A DNA stretch of 63,230 nucleotides, the filler included, from Actinomycetota bacterium (GTDB taxonomy: Bacteria > Actinomycetota > CADDZG01 > JAHWKV01 > JAOPZY01), in assembly GCA_025963875.1 (NCBI GenBank). It is 4 parts of 4 records of this genome, joined end to end, with 100 filler letters (N's around TTAATTAATTAA, not from the genome) between each part and the next. Parts side by side here need not be neighbours in the genome. Positions count along the whole stretch, not along the records: positions 60,026 to 63,230 come from JAOPZY010000254.1; 3 more parts are not named here. The stretch is one strand, 5' to 3'. A program made the position numbers and the translations under genes. The notes beneath the pieces were generated by a model. That model saw only the letters and a list, made by a program, of their open reading frames with translations, ran no database searches and had not been told where the DNA came from. Below are positions 60,058-63,230 of the stretch, piece by piece (position 1 is the first letter of the stretch; each line of letters begins with the position of its first letter).

Positions 60058-61056
60058 TTGACGCAATCTTCCGGCATGGAGGCGCAATCTCTCTGGTCCG
60101 GCTGTCGCACGACGCTTGTCAATCGGGCAGTCTATTTAGCGGTGCGTCCTTACGGTGACGACCCTTTCCGACAACGCCGCGATCAAGGCGAGGCCGTGAG
60201 ATTCGCCGATGGCCACCACGGCTGGATCTCCGGGCAAGGGCTTCTGACCACGCTGGATGGTGGCCAAACCTGGAAAGGTGCCGGGCTCAAGGGCTTTGTC
60301 GGGCCAGCCGCCCCAGCCGGCGACTCGGTCTGGGCGCTCCAAACCCCTTGCAGTGACAGCGCTGGCTCGTGTTCGCCGGTCCTGGTGCAGTCGCACGTGG
60401 GCAGTGCAACCTGGGAACCGGCGCCTCAGCAACCGGGTCTTCCGGCTGGCTCTGCTGACCTTCTGCGAATCAGCGCCTCAGAGGCCTTCATCACCGACAT
60501 CCCGCTTCAGCAATTGGCCAATGCCGTCCTCCTCAAGACCATCAACGCCGGCTCGACGTGGCAGCAACTCAAGAATCCCTGCGGGCCAACGACCAGCCAC
60601 AGTCTTGCCAGCCTCGACGGCGTGCACGCGTGGATTGCCTGCGGTTACGGGCCGAGCGCCGGGAACGAAGGCAAGAGCGTCTTTGTGTCCGACGACGGTG
60701 GTGCCACGTGGCACGTGGAGGCCGGAACCGGTGTACCAGGTTCGGGCGCGCCCACCCCGACAGGAAGTCTCGGAACGGCTGGGTACGTCTCCACGCTGAC
60801 GCTTCTGTCATCCGCCACAGGGATCCTCAATCAAGCCCGCAACGGACTGGTGCGTACCACCGACGGTGGCAAGACGTGGAACGACGCAAATCCGGTCGGT
60901 CCCTCCGATAACGAGTTTCCAGGGAACGTGTGGTTCGCGGACTCCACGCATGGCTGGCTGACCGGCGGCGCAGGCGGATACGCGTACGGGTGGCCGGGTC
61001 TGTTCCTGACCACAGATGGCGGCCTGACCTGGTCCCAGATTGCTGCATCAAGATGA
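60058..61056 (+). CDS. BNR/Asp-box (YCF48-like) beta-propeller protein; start uncertain, probably 5' truncated
   Basis: TLDGGQTW, TINAGSTW, SDDGGATW, TTDGGKTW, TTDGGLTW and FAD..HGW; no signal peptide visible. Confidence 0.75.
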   Translation: MTQSSGMEAQSLWSGCRTTLVNRAVYLAVRPYGDDPFRQRRDQGEAVRFADGHHGWISGQGLLTTLDGGQTWKGAGLKGFVGPAAPAGDSVWALQTPCSDSAGSCSPVLVQSHVGSATWEPAPQQPGLPAGSADLLRISASEAFITDIPLQQLANAVLLKTINAGSTWQQLKNPCGPTTSHSLASLDGVHAWIACGYGPSAGNEGKSVFVSDDGGATWHVEAGTGVPGSGAPTPTGSLGTAGYVSTLTLLSSATGILNQARNGLVRTTDGGKTWNDANPVGPSDNEFPGNVWFADSTHGWLTGGAGGYAYGWPGLFLTTDGGLTWSQIAASR

Positions 61057-61085
61057 TGAAGCCTGACGGGGCCAGCGGTGAGGCT

Positions 61086-61694
61086 TCATGTGACGATCCG
61101 GATGTTGAACCTCGGCGTGCCGAGGGACTGCATGAGGGCCGCGAAGATCAGGATGCAGTGCTCGGGTCCTCGAGCGGACCGGATCCCGCCCAGGTCCACG
61201 ATGGAGCCGTCCGCCCACCCGAAGTCCTTCAGGAGGGAGGTGACCGTTGCCTTCGCACCGGCGTCGTCGCCGGACATGAAAACGCTGGTCGGCGGGAGCG
61301 TGGCGGGCTCCGTCATGACCGACATCGCGGCGGTGTTCATCGTCTTGACGACCTTCGCCTCCGGCAGCGCCGCCTGGAGCTTCTCCGCGAGGCTGGAGTT
61401 CGGGTAGACCAGCTCGAAGGATGGCGTGACCGCGTTGGCGACGTCGACAAGAACCTTCCCCGCGAAGGGGGCTGCCCCGATCCCATCGAGGACCTCCAGC
61501 GACGCCGAACCGGGCGTGGCGTTCACGACGATATCGTTCTCGGCGACGGCGGCCGCCAGCGACGTGACGGGGGCGCCCAGGGTGCCCTTGGACGCCGGGT
61601 CCCTGGATCCGAACGTGATCCGATGGCCGGCCGCCGACCATCGCCGCCCGAGCGTCTGCGCCACGTTGCCCGTACCCAGAATGCCGATCTGCAT
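61086..61694 (-). CDS. NADPH-dependent F420 reductase-like oxidoreductase
   Basis: MQIGILGTGNVA, GSRDP, LVDVAN, VVKTMNT, SGDD, DLGGI. Confidence 0.88.
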   Translation of the reverse strand: MQIGILGTGNVAQTLGRRWSAAGHRITFGSRDPASKGTLGAPVTSLAAAVAENDIVVNATPGSASLEVLDGIGAAPFAGKVLVDVANAVTPSFELVYPNSSLAEKLQAALPEAKVVKTMNTAAMSVMTEPATLPPTSVFMSGDDAGAKATVTSLLKDFGWADGSIVDLGGIRSARGPEHCILIFAALMQSLGTPRFNIRIVT

Positions 61695-61876
61695 GGTCGT
61701 CTCCCGTCGAGTGGGTGAACCGGAATTTTTCGTCCGATTCAGCGACCCTAACGCCCTCCTTGGACTCGTGCGCGGCGAACTCCACAGTGCCGTCGCCCAG
61801 CGGCGGATCCGGTACTTCAGGGGGGAGGGCACCACGAGATCGTCATCGAGGAGGCGGACGTAGACCCCCGGCACGC

Positions 61877-62548
61877 TCAGGACGCCGGCGCCGGGGGGCC
61901 TTCCTCGTCCCGGGGATCCGGCAACTCGGCCAGCAGGGCCTGGACCCGGTCGGCGATGTCGGCCACGATGACCCTGACCGCCTCGAGGCTGCGCCCGTGA
62001 GGATCGGGTACGGCCCAGTCGAGGTAATGCTTGCCGGGAAGGATGGGGCAGGCGTCGCCGCAGCCGAGGGTGATGATCAGGTCGGCCGAGTGGAGGGCCT
62101 CGTCCGTCAGGTGCCTGGGGTGCCGCCCCGAAAGGTCGAGGCCCCTCTCCCGAAGCGCTATCAGCACCTCCGGCTGGATCTCCGATGCTGGAGAGGAGCC
62201 GGCCGACCGGCCCTGGGCTCGCCCTTGCGCGTAGTGCTCGAGGAGGGCGGCTGCGATCTGGCTCCGTCCGGCATTGCGGACACACACGAAGAGCACCTCG
62301 GGAGCATCAGCGAAGGCCAAGCGGTCCGTTCGCACAAACTGCAGACGGTTGCGCACGAAGCGCTCCGTCAGGATCGGCAGGTAGTTGGCCATCGCCTCGC
62401 CGCTCTCGACCATTGACGAGTAGTACGCGTAGCCTTCGACGGCGCTCCGCTCAATGGTCTCCGGAGAGAAAACCCCGGCAAATTCAGGAGCGAGCTTCCG
62501 AGCGATCTGTCGTGCAACATCACGCTCTTGGAGCTGGCAGGGGCTCAT
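61877..62548 (-). CDS. arsC: LMW-PTP-fold arsenate reductase with an N-terminal three-helix domain
   Basis: EFAGVFSPETIER..YLPILTERF; VLFVCVRNAGRSQ, GCGDACP, DW.VPDP. Confidence 0.85.
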   Translation of the reverse strand: MSPCQLQERDVARQIARKLAPEFAGVFSPETIERSAVEGYAYYSSMVESGEAMANYLPILTERFVRNRLQFVRTDRLAFADAPEVLFVCVRNAGRSQIAAALLEHYAQGRAQGRSAGSSPASEIQPEVLIALRERGLDLSGRHPRHLTDEALHSADLIITLGCGDACPILPGKHYLDWAVPDPHGRSLEAVRVIVADIADRVQALLAELPDPRDEEGPPAPAS

Positions 62549-62760
62549 GGCCACGATGGCCTTTCTGGGGAAGGAGTCCGGGCTAGCAGCGGAGGGACCT
62601 CGGTAGGATCGCGGCGACCCCGGGAGATGATGCCCCGGTGGCGAGGAATTTGAGCGTAGCGCGAGAGGAGTTGGTACGGCGCCACTCGGCAGGCCCAATG
62701 TCTGCCTGGTCCATATAGAGAACATAGACGAGTGAGCCACACGGAGCCAGTTAAAGATTC

Positions 62761-63230
62761 TTAATATTCTGCATTGGAAGATGCACGTGCAGGGCCTCCG
62801 GTGGTCCCCTCCAGCTGTTCGGTCAGCTCGAGCCACCGGGTTTCCAAGTCCGACAGCTTGGACTCCAGACTGTTGAGCGCCTCTATGTGCGCAGCAACTC
62901 CCATGTAGTCACGTTGATCATGCTCAGCGATACGGGTGTTGACCTCGTGGATCTCCTGGGGGATCTTGGCAAGCCTGCGTTCGACCGCTGCCAGCTCCTT
63001 GATGGCGGCGCGCTGCGCCGCGAGTTCCTGCCTTCGGGTCGCTCCCCTGCTGCTGCTCGTGGCGGTCTGCTGGGATGCCCGAGCGGCCTTCCCTTCGGCC
63101 TGCGTGCCGTCCCGGCGGAGCCTGAGGTACTCCTCGACCCCGCCAGGGAGGTGGCGGAGCCCTCCGTCGATCAACGCATACTGCTGATCGGTCACCCGCT
63201 CGATGAAATACCGGTCGTGGGAGGCGACCA
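62761..63230 (-). CDS. ABC-F (Uup-like) ATPase, C-terminal part
   Basis: VASHDRYFIERV, LPGGVEEYL, coiled-coil tail LETRWLEL. Confidence 0.88.
   Translation of the reverse strand, partial: VASHDRYFIERVTDQQYALIDGGLRHLPGGVEEYLRLRRDGTQAEGKAARASQQTATSSSRGATRRQELAAQRAAIKELAAVERRLAKIPQEIHEVNTRIAEHDQRDYMGVAAHIEALNSLESKLSDLETRWLELTEQLEGTTGGPARASSNAEY

Noticed and set aside
61695..61876. Possible small frameshifted ORF between arsC and the reductase
   Set aside because: No recognisable family or clean start/stop; insufficient support

Overview
High-GC actinobacterial (Actinomycetota) draft or MAG sequence made of four contigs (1-29064, 29165-54785, 54886-59925, 60026-63230) joined by artificial 100-nt N/TTAATTAATTAA/N linkers, so adjacency across the linkers means nothing. 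Contig 1 is mostly core genome: patA-pgsA, EF-G2, dtd-rel, HNH, an NDP-sugar transferase, MoxR-DUF58-transglutaminase, an McdR-like MerR, a LexA-boxed DUF6504-dnaE2-dinB cassette, SufT, a Ca2+/H+ antiporter, GT2 plus Ser/Thr kinase, thiE, and a sortase/LPxTG surface-protein cluster. Contig 2 is accessory and partly decayed: a poly-HAMP hybrid kinase, a MEDS-PAS-GGDEF-EAL-GGDEF protein, a NarL-type two-component pair, several pseudogenes, esterase-malic enzyme-fumC with a LAL regulator, an XRE/DUF397/methyltransferase module, and many ~45-bp palindromes. The most striking observation is a translationally coupled gene pair at 40252-41981. Its membrane protein carries two D-x3-H-x12/13-H motifs spaced like the copper sites of PmoC/AmoC, followed by a weakly PmoA-like half, and the downstream gene encodes an exported, membrane-anchored beta-rich partner. 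This is a candidate uncharacterised minimal CuMMO-like (fused C-A plus B-like) metalloenzyme. All family assignments are by eye from motifs; no database searches were run.
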